This document shows, piece by piece, positions 33,517 through 44,098 of a stretch of DNA of 64,000 bases. The position numbers were made by a program, and so were the translations under genes. Source of the DNA: Picochlorum sp. SENEW3 (Eukaryota); contig CP120460.1 in assembly GCA_034226945.1 (NCBI GenBank), positions 806,001 to 870,000 on the forward strand. The letters run 5' to 3'. Position 1 is the first letter of the stretch, and each line of letters begins with the position of its first letter. The notes beneath the pieces are model-generated. The model saw nothing but the letters and a program-made list of their open reading frames with translations. It made no database searches and was not told where the DNA came from.

Positions 33517-33979
33517 ATGTATGAAAAGTTCCGAGAATCTAATGCACTCGCTGAAATAAGCAGACGGTTGAATCAGCCTAATGTACGATTCATACGCACC
33601 CTATGCTCTCTTATTGTAATATCATCGCGTATTTTGCATGCAGAAGAAAGATACATCGACCACAAGTAGCAGCAGCCTAGAGGAAAGGCCGAGTGACGAC
33701 ACCCCGAGCAACAGTGGTACCAGTAGCAGTAGAACTACGAGCAGCAGCAGTCATGATAGTAGTATGGCTCAGAGTGAAGAGGATACGCAAGGTGGTGATA
33801 CCAGAAGTGAGATTCAAGCATTGAATACAGCAGCAAAGGAGAATGATGCGCATGCGCTTGCTTCATTCCTTGATCAGTTCCAAGGAATTGAAAAGGTTCT
33901 TATGGAAAGCGCGGAGAAAGAGGCCAATGATGAGAAAACAGTTCTATATGCTATAGATTACATTGCCAATTCGTCATAA
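33517..33979 (+). CDS. Small Ser-rich hypothetical protein (two exons; could instead be further exons of the upstream gene)
   Basis: ATG 33517 (MYEKFRESNALAEISRRLNQPN), intron 33583-33643, in frame with ORF 33638-33979. Confidence 0.5.
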
Positions 33980-33981
33980 TA

Positions 33982-34188
33982 TTATATAATTGCACGTGCA
34001 AGGCCAAGGGCTGCAAATCCACCAGCACAGGCTAATACAACACGTCTCTGAATTGGAGAGGTTGGGGGGCTTGATATCGTCGACAGGGTGAGATGCGCAC
34101 TCAAACCAAAACACACAACAGTTCCTATAATGCGGCAGGCGGTGCAATCTGTAGCCTGTTGCTTTCTCTCAGCACGGTGCGTGCTCAT
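33982..34188 (-). CDS. Small two-TM protein, DUF4536/DMAC1-like
   Basis: DCTACRIIGT (DCxxCRxxG) followed by two hydrophobic helices ending FAALGLARAII. Confidence 0.75.
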   Translation of the reverse strand: MSTHRAERKQQATDCTACRIIGTVVCFGLSAHLTLSTISSPPTSPIQRRVVLACAGGFAALGLARAII

Positions 34189-34579
34189 TTCTTTTTCCCC
34201 TTTAGCAGTGCCTCTCTTGCCTTTTTCAACGCAGCCTCCTCAGCCTGAATATATCCATACGACCATGGATGAATGTACAGTATTCAAAGCATTAGATGAT
34301 ATATACATGAGGCGTACCTTTTTCTTCTTGAGATGCTCCAAATCTTCGTCGTCGTAGTGCTTTTCCTTCTTGGGCTTCTGCTCAACAGAGACAAAAAGTT
34401 CGCATGATGAGCTCACCTGTTACGCCATGTACCCAATTAAATCATACCATACCTTTAAAGGCTTTGCCTTACCTCCCTCTTTACCTGCAATAGAGACAAA
34501 AGCGCGGGTAAAAGACAGATGCTGGGATGCAATTTTGAATGCACTAGGTAGCCACGGATAGATAGAACGCACCTGGCAT
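34185..34579 (-). CDS. TMA7: Translation machinery-associated protein 7 (52 aa, 4 exons; absent from the ORF track)
   Basis: Exons 34573-34579, 34453-34484, 34318-34377 and 34185-34244 with GT-AG introns give MPGKEGGKAKPLKKPKKEKHYDDEDLEHLKKKKAEEAALKKAREALLKGKKK*. Confidence 0.9.
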
Positions 34580-34802
34580 TATAGATATAAATCTTTGAAC
34601 ACTACAAATTTGGTACAAGATCAAGAATATGGAGGAATACAGAGAGCTAAAAGCCTTGAGCAAAGTTCGATCACCGGCGCGCCAGTTTTTTTTTTCCTTT
34701 TTTACGACATTCAATCGTCCATACTCAGAGATCGAGAGGCCTTTCTTGTCAGAGAATGCATTCTCATATATAATATTTTGCCAGAGATGTGTGATCAGTG
34801 CA

Positions 34803-36446
34803 ATGGATCGAGTGACAGGTGAAGCAAGTAGTACGGACACAAAGGTTGCATGTCTATCCCTGGAGCAGCCCAGAAGCAGGGATGTGCTCGATGAGTACTA
34901 TAGAAATGTGGGTTTCTTCTCTATTCATATTTTTAATTGATATAATACGTCAGAGTCACTGATAGACTCGGTGTCTGTCGGTTGGTGGTTGGGGGCAGTT
35001 GGTCTACTCTTGACCAACTCCTGTTGTTCAAAAAAAATACCAGTAAGAATGTATCATCGCCCGAGTATGGTTTTGTATTTCCTATTTGTTACATTTGTAT
35101 TCAGTTGGTCGAGGGTTCTAGCATAGAAATACGATATGATGCCGGAAGAGGGAAAGGCAAGGGCATGTTTGCAGTACGGAATGCAGAGGTGGGGGATGTT
35201 CTGTTTGTTGACAAGCCTCTCGTCGCAATGCAATCTTTTAAAATGGATGAAAATCGCCCCTTGATATGCGAACAATGTTTTCGTTACATTGACGCATCAT
35301 TGATGGATCAGATGACGCATTTCATGACGGGTGAGGTGCCAGAGACTGCCCTGCAGGATGTGCCATCTCTGTGTGTTGCCCAAGAGGAAAAAGATCCTAT
35401 CGTCAGATGCCCCAATTCCTGTTCGTCTTATTACTGCAGCGTTGAATGCCGCCAAAAATCCTGGGAAACTCACCACATGCTGATGTGTGAACGCCAAAAG
35501 GATAAACCAGTGGCACAGGAGTGGATGGAACGTTTTTATCAGCATGCCCGACAGACTAATGACATATTTATTTTGGCTGCCAAAGCTATATCACGAATTA
35601 TACTGCATGCAAGTTATTTAATGGATACATCACAGGATGTATTGTCTCCCGAAGCAGCGCTCCGTGAGGCCTGGAAGCCGTATCAAATGGGTTACAAACA
35701 GCTCTGGTGGGAAAGTGTGGCACGTCCTGACGATGTTCATCCCTCGGAGGAATCTCAGTTTCGATCAGGTATGTTCTTGCATTTATTTTTACATGCTTTT
35801 GTTTGAGTGAGTAGATTCATCATACTCTTCGTGCAGATTTGAAAGAACTTGCCATGGATTCTTTTGTCCTCTTCTTCCATGCCATTGAGCTAGGCCATCC
35901 CCAATTGTACAACACGTTCGGCAAATATCTGTTACATCTAGATATATGGGGATATCTTATTGGAATGTTTGAGTTGAATAACTTATCAATATTAGCGACA
36001 GCCCCGGAGGTATTGGAAAATGTTTCCGAGACACAGCTGGAAGACATGTTAAAACTTGTCACCTCGATACACCCATGCGATGACCAGGAATGTCGCGAGA
36101 TCGTAGAAGACTTTTTGAATTGCCTTTTAGAAGGGACTGGATTTTATCCCCTCCATTCTTGCATGAATCACAGCTGTGTTCCAAATTGCAGAGTCATGTT
36201 ACCTCAGGATCCATCCCAGAACAATCACGGTGCGTATTTGACCATCTCATAGGATACACCTGTCCCATAATTATACTATACATTGTTAATAATGCAGCCA
36301 TTATTCAAACTTTGAAACGAGTTTCTGCCGGTACGGAACTGACGGTGAGCTACATTGATGAGAATGAGGACTACGAGGAGCGACAGAAGCAGCTTCAGGA
36401 CTATGGTTTTGAGTGCACATGTGCCAAGTGCCTCGCGCACGAGTAG
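34803..36446 (+). CDS. SET/MYND-domain lysine methyltransferase (ATXR2/SMYD-like)
   Basis: GKGKGMFA, CEQCFR...YYCSVECRQKSWETHH, GFYPLHSCMNHSCVPN, ELTVSYID and YGFECTCAKC. Three introns. Confidence 0.88.
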
Positions 36447-36467
36447 GACTTTATGAAGAATACTTGA

Positions 36468-37445
36468 TCAAGGCGTCAATGGCAAGTCCCCTGACAATTC
36501 CTCCAGTACTTTCCTCGTTTCATGGGCAACATCTTGTATCCTATGATACACTGCCTGGTCATCGGAATCCCCTTGCGTCTCCAACATTTCCTTTTGGACT
36601 GCTGCAATACAATCCAGAAATCTTCCAGGGCGTATTGAATTCTCATCAACTTTTTCAATGCTCATCTTGATCAGGGAGATTCGCTTCATGCTGTCTTGAA
36701 CATGCAATAATTCCTTTAAAAACCCAGAATCATATTCTAAAACTCCTCCAATCTCTGTAAAACGATTTCGAACAACGCCCTTCAGATCATCTGGAGGTAT
36801 TATAGAATCTATCTCACATTTTATCAAACATAATTTCGACAAGAATCGAAGGTCAGCAATCTCATCTTCGTCCTCCAGTGTCTGAATCAGGCCAGCGCAT
36901 GCTTTATACACATCCAATAACATGGACTCCCCTCTCTCGGCAATCTCCTGGTACTTTTGCAACCTATCATCCCTATTGGCATCCATAATCTCTTGAAGGC
37001 ACCTCATAGGCTCTGGCAACGTATCCTCCAACCTTTCCAGCACAAACCCTTTGATCAACTGCAAGATACGGGCTGTCTCTCCATTATCTCCATGACCATT
37101 CAACGCTTCCAAGTACGCATCAATCATAGGCAATACAGCTGCAGGCATCTCATCAATCCTGGGCCCCACAACTCGCTCCAGCATCCCAGAGACCTCATCT
37201 TGCAATGCCTCACCCTCGGTAACATAGTTGACAGCACTCCCAACAAACAATTCCTGCAGCATCTCCCGCGTCATCGTATCAATAAGAGTTGCAGACTCTT
37301 CCATCATCCGTTTTTCGTCCCGACGACGCATGCTTCCCCGACACATGGTCGTTATTACAGGAGGACGAGACCTCCTCAACCCAACACCAGACGAAAGCAC
37401 ACAACCCCTTCCTCCCCTCCGCGTCTGCAATACTCTACCATCCAT
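36468..37445 (-). CDS. Uncharacterised helical protein, probably plastid-targeted
   Basis: Arg/Ser-rich transit-like N-terminus (MDGRVLQTRRGG...RRSRPPVITTMC) followed by an acidic helical body. The upstream part of the 468-aa ORF looks non-coding. Confidence 0.7.
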   Translation of the reverse strand: MDGRVLQTRRGGRGCVLSSGVGLRRSRPPVITTMCRGSMRRRDEKRMMEESATLIDTMTREMLQELFVGSAVNYVTEGEALQDEVSGMLERVVGPRIDEMPAAVLPMIDAYLEALNGHGDNGETARILQLIKGFVLERLEDTLPEPMRCLQEIMDANRDDRLQKYQEIAERGESMLLDVYKACAGLIQTLEDEDEIADLRFLSKLCLIKCEIDSIIPPDDLKGVVRNRFTEIGGVLEYDSGFLKELLHVQDSMKRISLIKMSIEKVDENSIRPGRFLDCIAAVQKEMLETQGDSDDQAVYHRIQDVAHETRKVLEELSGDLPLTP

Positions 37446-37824
37446 ACTGTATATACTATCCATATAAATAATAATTAATGCCATCAATTGCGTCCAAGTG
37501 GGCATATGCAAGCATGCAAGCATGGTTTTGGCCTCGGGGCCCGGGCCCCAATCAGATGGCGCCCTGTTCCTCCCTGCCTCAACATCCTTGCGTTTGGAAA
37601 AACTCCACTTGCCCATCACCCCCCCAAAAAAAAAATTAAATATTTTTATAAACGTTGGTGATGTATCCAGTATAGCTGTGATCACAGGGATTGCGTGATA
37701 TGGAACATTGTCTCTGTGGTTTGAAATCTCACATTGTTCTGTGCGTTCGAGGAGGGTGAAGCAGTGTATACATAAAACAATATAGTGAGATAGTGGTACT
37801 CTGTGGAAGTAGAAGTGAGAGAGC

Positions 37825-38235
37825 ATGTCTCCTGAAAGGGGAGGAGAGGAGTCTCGAGAGGAGGTGACTCCCAACTCAAAGATAGAGACTAGAAATCCTC
37901 CAAGAACTCCCTATAAACCTAGAAAAAAATCATTGCGTTCTTCAGATGGTTCGGTGCGGTCGGCTTCGAAGAGCCTCGCCCCGCTGTTTTCTGCAGCTGC
38001 GAAACGAGCCCAAGTGCTGGGGGGGCGATTCGGAATGATATCGAAGCGGAGCAAGCGTCGGATGGATGCTTTAGAAAAGAAAAAGTGTACTGATACTCGC
38101 GGAAAGGATACGGGAGTGGAGAAGCGCAGGAAGAGGGAGGCAGATGAAGAAGAGAACTGTTCCCACATCACAGTTCATACAGCTCCGCAGAACAAGGAGC
38201 GGCGTACCATGAAATATACCCATACAGATGAATGA
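37825..38235 (+). CDS. Small basic hypothetical protein
   Basis: ATG-initiated 136-aa purine-rich ORF filling the gap between two minus-strand genes, with NLS-like KRRKR. Confidence 0.45.
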   Translation: MSPERGGEESREEVTPNSKIETRNPPRTPYKPRKKSLRSSDGSVRSASKSLAPLFSAAAKRAQVLGGRFGMISKRSKRRMDALEKKKCTDTRGKDTGVEKRRKREADEEENCSHITVHTAPQNKERRTMKYTHTDE

Positions 38236-38255
38236 TTTTACCATTGTAGTTCGTA

Positions 38256-39161
38256 TCAAAATGGAGGAATATCGTTTTGTAACCTATCTAATTTGCTCAA
38301 TTCTGCCTTGACCCAGGCCGGTGTCGTCTTGCTTTCAATCCACAGTGCTGGCGCATCTCGACCTCCTTCAATGCGCTTAAAATCAGGTGATTTGGGGTTT
38401 ATTTCGCCGTTTGCCTTTCGCTCTCTATTATCATACCAGCCAGACGTGTTCTCAAAAAAGTTCATCCACAGCTCTTCAAATGTCATGGGGCTCTGTTCTT
38501 GCTGAACAGCACTTGTATTCCTCATCATTGCCTGTCGCGGCTGTTGCTGCTCATCTTGCCCAGAGAATACCTGCCTTTGAGCATCCATTTGATTGGTACC
38601 ATACATGGAATTTCGTTTCACCTTTTTAATCTGCTGAGCAACTATTCGAAGACTCTTCCTCGTGTTACCCTCCCTATCCGTCCAATCCTGAACCTTGAGC
38701 CTCCCTTGAAGTGCCACTCGCTCTCCCTTATCCACATACAAGTTGGCAATATCCGCCAATTCATCCCAAGCTTCCACGTCAAACCACTGAGTATCTCCAT
38801 CTCGTCTGTCAGTAAAAGCAACTGGAAAATTGGTCACTTTACTCCCGCTCTCAAGGTATTTCATCTCGGGTTTTCTTCCCACATTTCCAATAATGCTGAT
38901 ATTGTTAGCAATAGCTGGATTAAACTCAGTTTCCTCAATGTCCGGTGGTGGAGCGTTGGACCCGTAGCTTCTTCCAATCATTCCGACTGTGCGTGATATT
39001 ACTGGTGTTATTTTATAACCAAACGCAGATTCTGTATATGCTCGTCTCACCAGGGATGGTGAGAAGGTTGTCATATCGGTCCATGCTGAGAAACGGGATA
39101 GATGCGCTCTGGTCGATACGACACGGGCAGAACGTAGCACAAGGGATGTCATTTTATTCAT
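38256..39161 (-). CDS. Organellar single-stranded DNA-binding protein (OSB-like: OB fold plus PDF motif)
   Basis: Mitochondrial-type presequence; NNISIIGNVGRKPE...TQWFDVEAW...KGERVALQGRL...W.DREG; WYDNR...NPKSPDFK...ALWIES..PAWV. Confidence 0.9.
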   Translation of the reverse strand: MNKMTSLVLRSARVVSTRAHLSRFSAWTDMTTFSPSLVRRAYTESAFGYKITPVISRTVGMIGRSYGSNAPPPDIEETEFNPAIANNISIIGNVGRKPEMKYLESGSKVTNFPVAFTDRRDGDTQWFDVEAWDELADIANLYVDKGERVALQGRLKVQDWTDREGNTRKSLRIVAQQIKKVKRNSMYGTNQMDAQRQVFSGQDEQQQPRQAMMRNTSAVQQEQSPMTFEELWMNFFENTSGWYDNRERKANGEINPKSPDFKRIEGGRDAPALWIESKTTPAWVKAELSKLDRLQNDIPPF

Positions 39162-39172
39162 TATATATATTT

Positions 39173-40549
39173 TTAACAATTTTCCATGGCGGATGTGCAG
39201 GTTTGATCATCGAATCCTTCCAGGATTCTGAGAGCAGATTCAATCCCTGAGAGAGAGGCTCCAGTCAAGGTCCCAGGACTGACGGATGCAACCCATTCTC
39301 CTGTGAAGACGAGTCTACCCCCTATGGGTTCTCGCAAGGTTGCCCGGTCTTGAGGGGTGTTACAGCCAGATAGGGTGGTGTATGCTCCACGGACGTATGG
39401 GTGCAAGCCCCAGTGGGATACCAAAAAGTTGGATATGGATGGTGCTGTCCCAAAGGCACGCTGCAGCGCGTTGGATATCATTCGCATGATATCCTCATCT
39501 GATATCTTCTCAAGATCTATCGATAGACGATGATTTGCATACAGAGCGAGCAGGTTGTCGCCCGTGAATGACATGAGGTTCACCACATCCAGGTGCTTGT
39601 CTCCTTCCTGGTCCACCACTACACTGTAATATGGTTCCCTCATGCTCGGAATAGACTCACTCAATGCCACATGAATAACACTTGTTTTGATCACATGGAG
39701 GTTTTGGATAGCTTGATGGATCACATGTGGCAGGCCTGGCTGAAACGAGACTGATGATTCTTGCAGCACACCTGCTGGGATGGAGGAGATGATGTAGGAT
39801 GCTGGATACACTCGACCATCCTCTGTTCGCACTGAAGCAATTGAGTCTGTTGTGGTTATATTTGAGACCTTTGAATTGAATTGAATCGACACATAGCAGT
39901 GTGTCTCTGCCAGCAGTGTGACCAGATACTCAACAATCTTGTGTGCTCCTCCAAGCATCACATCATCGAATTCATCTGCGGATTGCGTGCATAGTCCTGA
40001 CTCGGAGGAAGTAGTATTGCTACAGAGCGATAGATAATACATACTTCTCAACATCCCCATCCTTGTAACACGACGCTCTCTTGCCCTGTGAACATGTGCA
40101 AGGTTTGCCAAGGCTTGGAGTGCATTTTGGTCAGAACCAATGAGCCAGCGGGCACCGACGTCGATATACGACGTATTGTTGCGCATTTGGGTGCTGAATA
40201 TTCTTCCACCTGGCTTATTAGAAGCTTCAAGAAGGAGAATATCGAGGTCTGGCATTTCCTGACAAAGTTTCAGTGCTGCTGAGAGGCCAGAGAGCCCTGC
40301 TCCTATGATGACAACATCATGAAAAGAGGTACCATTCCCACTCACGTAGCTTGTCAAAGCGATATCAGATCTGTTCACTGGAAAGTAGAGATTAGAATAC
40401 GCTCGCGGCTGATTTGTTGAATTTTCAATGACACTCTCTGGGACTGTTACCTTGTTTGACTTTGGTATTCCAAAGAGGCACCCAAATATAATTGGACAAA
40501 TACAGGCAACGCTGCCGATGAATAGAAACAGGAATTTCCTCCTTTCCAT
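39173..40549 (-). CDS. Flavin-containing amine oxidase (polyamine oxidase-like) with N-terminal membrane anchor
   Basis: DVVIIGAGLSGLSAA, LEASNKPGGRI, DVGARW, W...PYVRGAY and LVFTGE...GTLTGA.LSG. Confidence 0.85.
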   Translation of the reverse strand: MERRKFLFLFIGSVACICPIIFGCLFGIPKSNKVTVPESVIENSTNQPRAYSNLYFPVNRSDIALTSYVSGNGTSFHDVVIIGAGLSGLSAALKLCQEMPDLDILLLEASNKPGGRIFSTQMRNNTSYIDVGARWLIGSDQNALQALANLAHVHRARERRVTRMGMLRSMYYLSLCSNTTSSESGLCTQSADEFDDVMLGGAHKIVEYLVTLLAETHCYVSIQFNSKVSNITTTDSIASVRTEDGRVYPASYIISSIPAGVLQESSVSFQPGLPHVIHQAIQNLHVIKTSVIHVALSESIPSMREPYYSVVVDQEGDKHLDVVNLMSFTGDNLLALYANHRLSIDLEKISDEDIMRMISNALQRAFGTAPSISNFLVSHWGLHPYVRGAYTTLSGCNTPQDRATLREPIGGRLVFTGEWVASVSPGTLTGASLSGIESALRILEGFDDQTCTSAMENC

Positions 40550-40703
40550 ATGTCTCGTCTCAGATACGTAGAGCTTTATGGTGTTTTTGAGCTCTAGGAA
40601 TCTCTGCCAGGATCATTGACGAGGCAGCAACATGAATACCTTAGCAATCAGATTAATGGAGCAAGAGGATTTGCTTTGGTTACAATGTTTATCAGGACAC
40701 GCC

Positions 40704-42197
40704 TCAGTTTCTATTATTTGTATTTGTATCTTCAGAAGGAGATTTCTTCCGATTTTTTGATGCTGACCCCTTGGAGTTTGACTTTCGCGCTGCCCCCGTG
40801 GGTTTACCCTTGCGCTTCTTACCCGTAGCCCTCTTGCCTTGTGAATCGCCTTTGTTAATCGTATGTTCCTCCCCGGGTTCGTCTGCTCCGTCATCTCCCT
40901 TGTATCGACTCAAGAGCACTGCATCTAGTCTAATAATTCTAGCAAGCATCGACTCTCCTGGCTTTGCTTTGGCCGACAGCCTTGTGTAGGCATAATCATA
41001 TGCCATTCGCACCCTCGATGCATTGTAACTATTTTTGCCCAAATCGTTGTCTCTATCGTTAGGATCCTGTACCGCAGGTAATTCTGGCCTATCTGGATAA
41101 TGAAAGGATAATGATCGCTTCCGAAAAAATTTCCCTCCTTTGCTGCAACTGACTCCAACAACCTCTTGCTTGAGAGCACGACCATGTAAACGGAAAAAGT
41201 CCAGCAAGAGCTCGCCTAAATTTGTGCCCAAATCTCCATCCTTTCTGCTGAATCTAGACCAATGTGTCTGAATAAAATTCGCTACCATGACCAATAAAGC
41301 ATAGGAGCCGATACCGCCACTGTATACTTCATTCAATTCTCGTTGTTGCAAAAACACCTTGAGAACCATCACAAGGGCAGACATTGCTGGGATCCATTGG
41401 CCTAGTTCCCTCACATTCTGTGCAGCTTCTGGCCCATTTGCAACATCGAATGATATATCAAACTGATATCCCGACTCTTTATCCTGAAACTTTATGATTG
41501 GCACGCGTGCTTTCAAAATGATCTGCAAATCAACTGCAATGCCCTTTGTTGATAATGATTTACCCAACACTTTTAGGCCTTGTCGTATATCACTACAGCC
41601 GCTGTCTAATATAACTGCATCCATGTCCGAAGTAGGCAGGTATAAACCTGTGGCGAATGAACCGAATACTTCAACTCGTGCTTTTGGCCACAAAGCTTTC
41701 ACAGCATCCTCAATCCTCTTCAGTGCATCTTCCCTGGCCTTTTCTTCCTCTGGCGTCGGCTTCAAGCACGAACAAAAATGGAGTATTTCTTGATGCAATC
41801 GCAATGTAGGAGATTTGATGTATAGGCACTTTTTCCAAGGCACGCCCTTCAAGAGGGCAGGGGATGATGCCACAGCTGTCTCGTGTTTCTTCGGAGGAAC
41901 AATAAAACCTTGCTTCTCGTGGTCTTCAAGTAGAGACTTGACTATACTCTCATCTTCACTCTTCTTGTCCTCTCCGACTTCATTCAAGGATAAGAAATCT
42001 GGAAGGTCGGCATCATTACTTCCTGATTGGCTCTCCTTGCCTTGCTGCTCCCCGTTTGGCCTTGCAGGCAAACCGCTGTCATCATATGATCCACGTCTTC
42101 CAGCTTCAGTGATATCTAGTGGGATAATGTCGTATTCAAGAGCATTATCGCCCCCATCCGTATGCGCAGACACGAGTCTCGGCGTCTTATTACTCAT
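40704..42197 (-). CDS. Non-canonical poly(A) polymerase, TRF4/PAPD5-like
   Basis: RLHQEILHF, FGSFATGLYLPTSDMD, ARVPIIKF, LNEVYSGGIGSY and QDP...NDLGKNSY, with a basic tail. Start codon uncertain. Confidence 0.9.
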   Translation of the reverse strand: MSNKTPRLVSAHTDGGDNALEYDIIPLDITEAGRRGSYDDSGLPARPNGEQQGKESQSGSNDADLPDFLSLNEVGEDKKSEDESIVKSLLEDHEKQGFIVPPKKHETAVASSPALLKGVPWKKCLYIKSPTLRLHQEILHFCSCLKPTPEEEKAREDALKRIEDAVKALWPKARVEVFGSFATGLYLPTSDMDAVILDSGCSDIRQGLKVLGKSLSTKGIAVDLQIILKARVPIIKFQDKESGYQFDISFDVANGPEAAQNVRELGQWIPAMSALVMVLKVFLQQRELNEVYSGGIGSYALLVMVANFIQTHWSRFSRKDGDLGTNLGELLLDFFRLHGRALKQEVVGVSCSKGGKFFRKRSLSFHYPDRPELPAVQDPNDRDNDLGKNSYNASRVRMAYDYAYTRLSAKAKPGESMLARIIRLDAVLLSRYKGDDGADEPGEEHTINKGDSQGKRATGKKRKGKPTGAARKSNSKGSASKNRKKSPSEDTNTNNRN

Positions 42198-42482
42198 ACT
42201 TTTGCATTGCCATGCACTCAATCTTCTGGGAGCAGGAGTACCTGTTTCACTGACGATATATTTCTCTTTTAAAGGTTACAATTCCCATTAAATATGCAAT
42301 GCGACGCTCATATGTGCTCAGGAGGGTCATTTTGGATGATGGGTACTGTATCCCATGGCCCCATGGGGCTTGAGTCCAGTACTTGCCAAATTCGCCCTGA
42401 TCAAACAAATACGTGAACGATGCATCCCCGAATAAAAATCCCTGAACAAATATACTATTTTTAGAGGTCTTAGGTCGATATA

Positions 42483-44023
42483 ATGCCCACTTGTTCCGAA
42501 ACGGATACTGAACGTGAGCAAAACCAGGTGGAGAAGGACACAGTTGCTATTTATCAAAACTTCTTGGAGCTTGAAGACGAGGATCTTTTAGCCTTGCAGC
42601 GAGTTTTGCATGTCAAATATTTGAAAAGTGGCCTCAGAGTGCTTCCAGCGGGTGCGTTTCTGAGTGTTTTGGAGAGTGCACTTTCACACCTAACTGTTGT
42701 CTGCTTTCTGTAGCTTTTGTCTCGTTGGATGCCAGTAGGACATGGATTTGTTACTGGATATTGCATTCATTGTCTTTATTAGATAAGCTAAGCAGTTTGA
42801 GTGAGGAGACTATTCGGGATGTGATCCAGTTACTTCAAAGCTGTCAGCACAAAAGTGGAGGTTTCGGTGGAGGGCCTGGCCAGCTGCCCCATTTAGCCAC
42901 AACATACGCTGCAGTTGCTGCTTTGGTTACTTTAGGAGGAGATGATGTGCTTGATTTTATCAATAGGGATTCGCTCATGTCATTCTTCCTCAGAATGTGT
43001 GTTCCTCCAGAAAGAGGTGGTGGCATGACAATGCATCAACATGGAGAGGTGGATGTGCGAGGATGCTATTGTGCATTATCTGTATGCTATATGCTTAATA
43101 TGGATTCTAAGAAGATTGCAGATGCGTGTGACCTGCTCCAATTTGTCCCTCGATGCCAAAGCTATGAGGGTGGGAGTGGAGGAGAGCCTGGGAATGAGGC
43201 CCATGGGGGGTATACTTTCTGCGCATATGGCGCGTTAGAGCTAATACAAGAAGGTAATAAGATTGATAGATCGCTTCTAAAATCTTGGGCGTCACGCATG
43301 CAAGGGAGAACTGAAGGCGGCATGAGGGGGCGGACAAATAAACTTGTTGATGGGTGCTACTCCTGGTGGCAGGGAGGATTGTGCAGCCTCGCACACGTGC
43401 AAGGCAACATATGGAATGGCAAAGCACGCAACAAGCTCAATTTTACACCCGATTTTAATAAATGTGACCAGAGTGTGGCCAGTGCAGTAGACCAGTGGTC
43501 TGGCTCAAAATGGCAGAGCCCTGGACAAATTATTAAAGAAGCATCTGCAGCGAAACAAATAGAGCTAGACATGGCAATGGATAGGCTGTTAGAAATTGAA
43601 GATGAATTGAAGAATGACCCAGACAACAAGAGGCTAGGGGAGCAACAAGAACAGGTAATGAGGCTGCAACAGGAGGTGGACAAAATGGATGAGCAGCTGC
43701 CATTGGTAGAAGCCATACAGAAGTGCCTCAAAAAAGTAAGGAACGGTAATGATGAAACAGATGCGTGTGACTTTGATGCACTGCAGCTTTGGATACTTCT
43801 CTGCTGTCAGATCAATGGCAGAGGAGGTCTTCGAGACAAGCCAGGAAAAAGTCCTGATTTTTACCACACATGCTACTGTCTTAGTGGCCTTTCTGCTGCT
43901 CAGCATGCAGGAGGAAGCATTGTTGGTGGAAGACGGAATCTTCTTCTTCCGACACACCCTGTGTGCAATGTGGTGATTGAAAAACTTGACATTGCTAGGA
44001 AGTACTTTGGTGCCGAAAGCTGA
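42483..44023 (+). CDS. Protein farnesyltransferase beta subunit (ERA1/FNTB-like)
   Basis: LDASRTWICYWILHSL, GGFGGGPGQLPHLATTY, EAHGGYTFC, GRTNKLVDGCYSWWQG and DKPGKSPDFYHTCYCLSG. Intron 42652-42712. Confidence 0.93.
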
Positions 44024-44098
44024 CTACCTGAATCAAATAAATTAAATACGAGACTAATTGAATATGAACAGTAACATTCTTAACCCTTCAACGATAGG

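Noticed and set aside
34908..35105. Longer-than-usual intron with an 8-bp hairpin (AGTTGGTC/GACCAACT), possible snoRNA host
   Set aside because: No convincing C/D or H/ACA box arrangement by eye; an Infernal/Rfam search would be needed.
37446..37874. N-terminal 140 aa of the 468-aa minus-strand ORF; also checked for an snRNA
   Set aside because: Contains poly-T/poly-G runs and GGGCCC promoter-like elements, so it is probably an intergenic open frame. I could not match it to any spliceosomal RNA.
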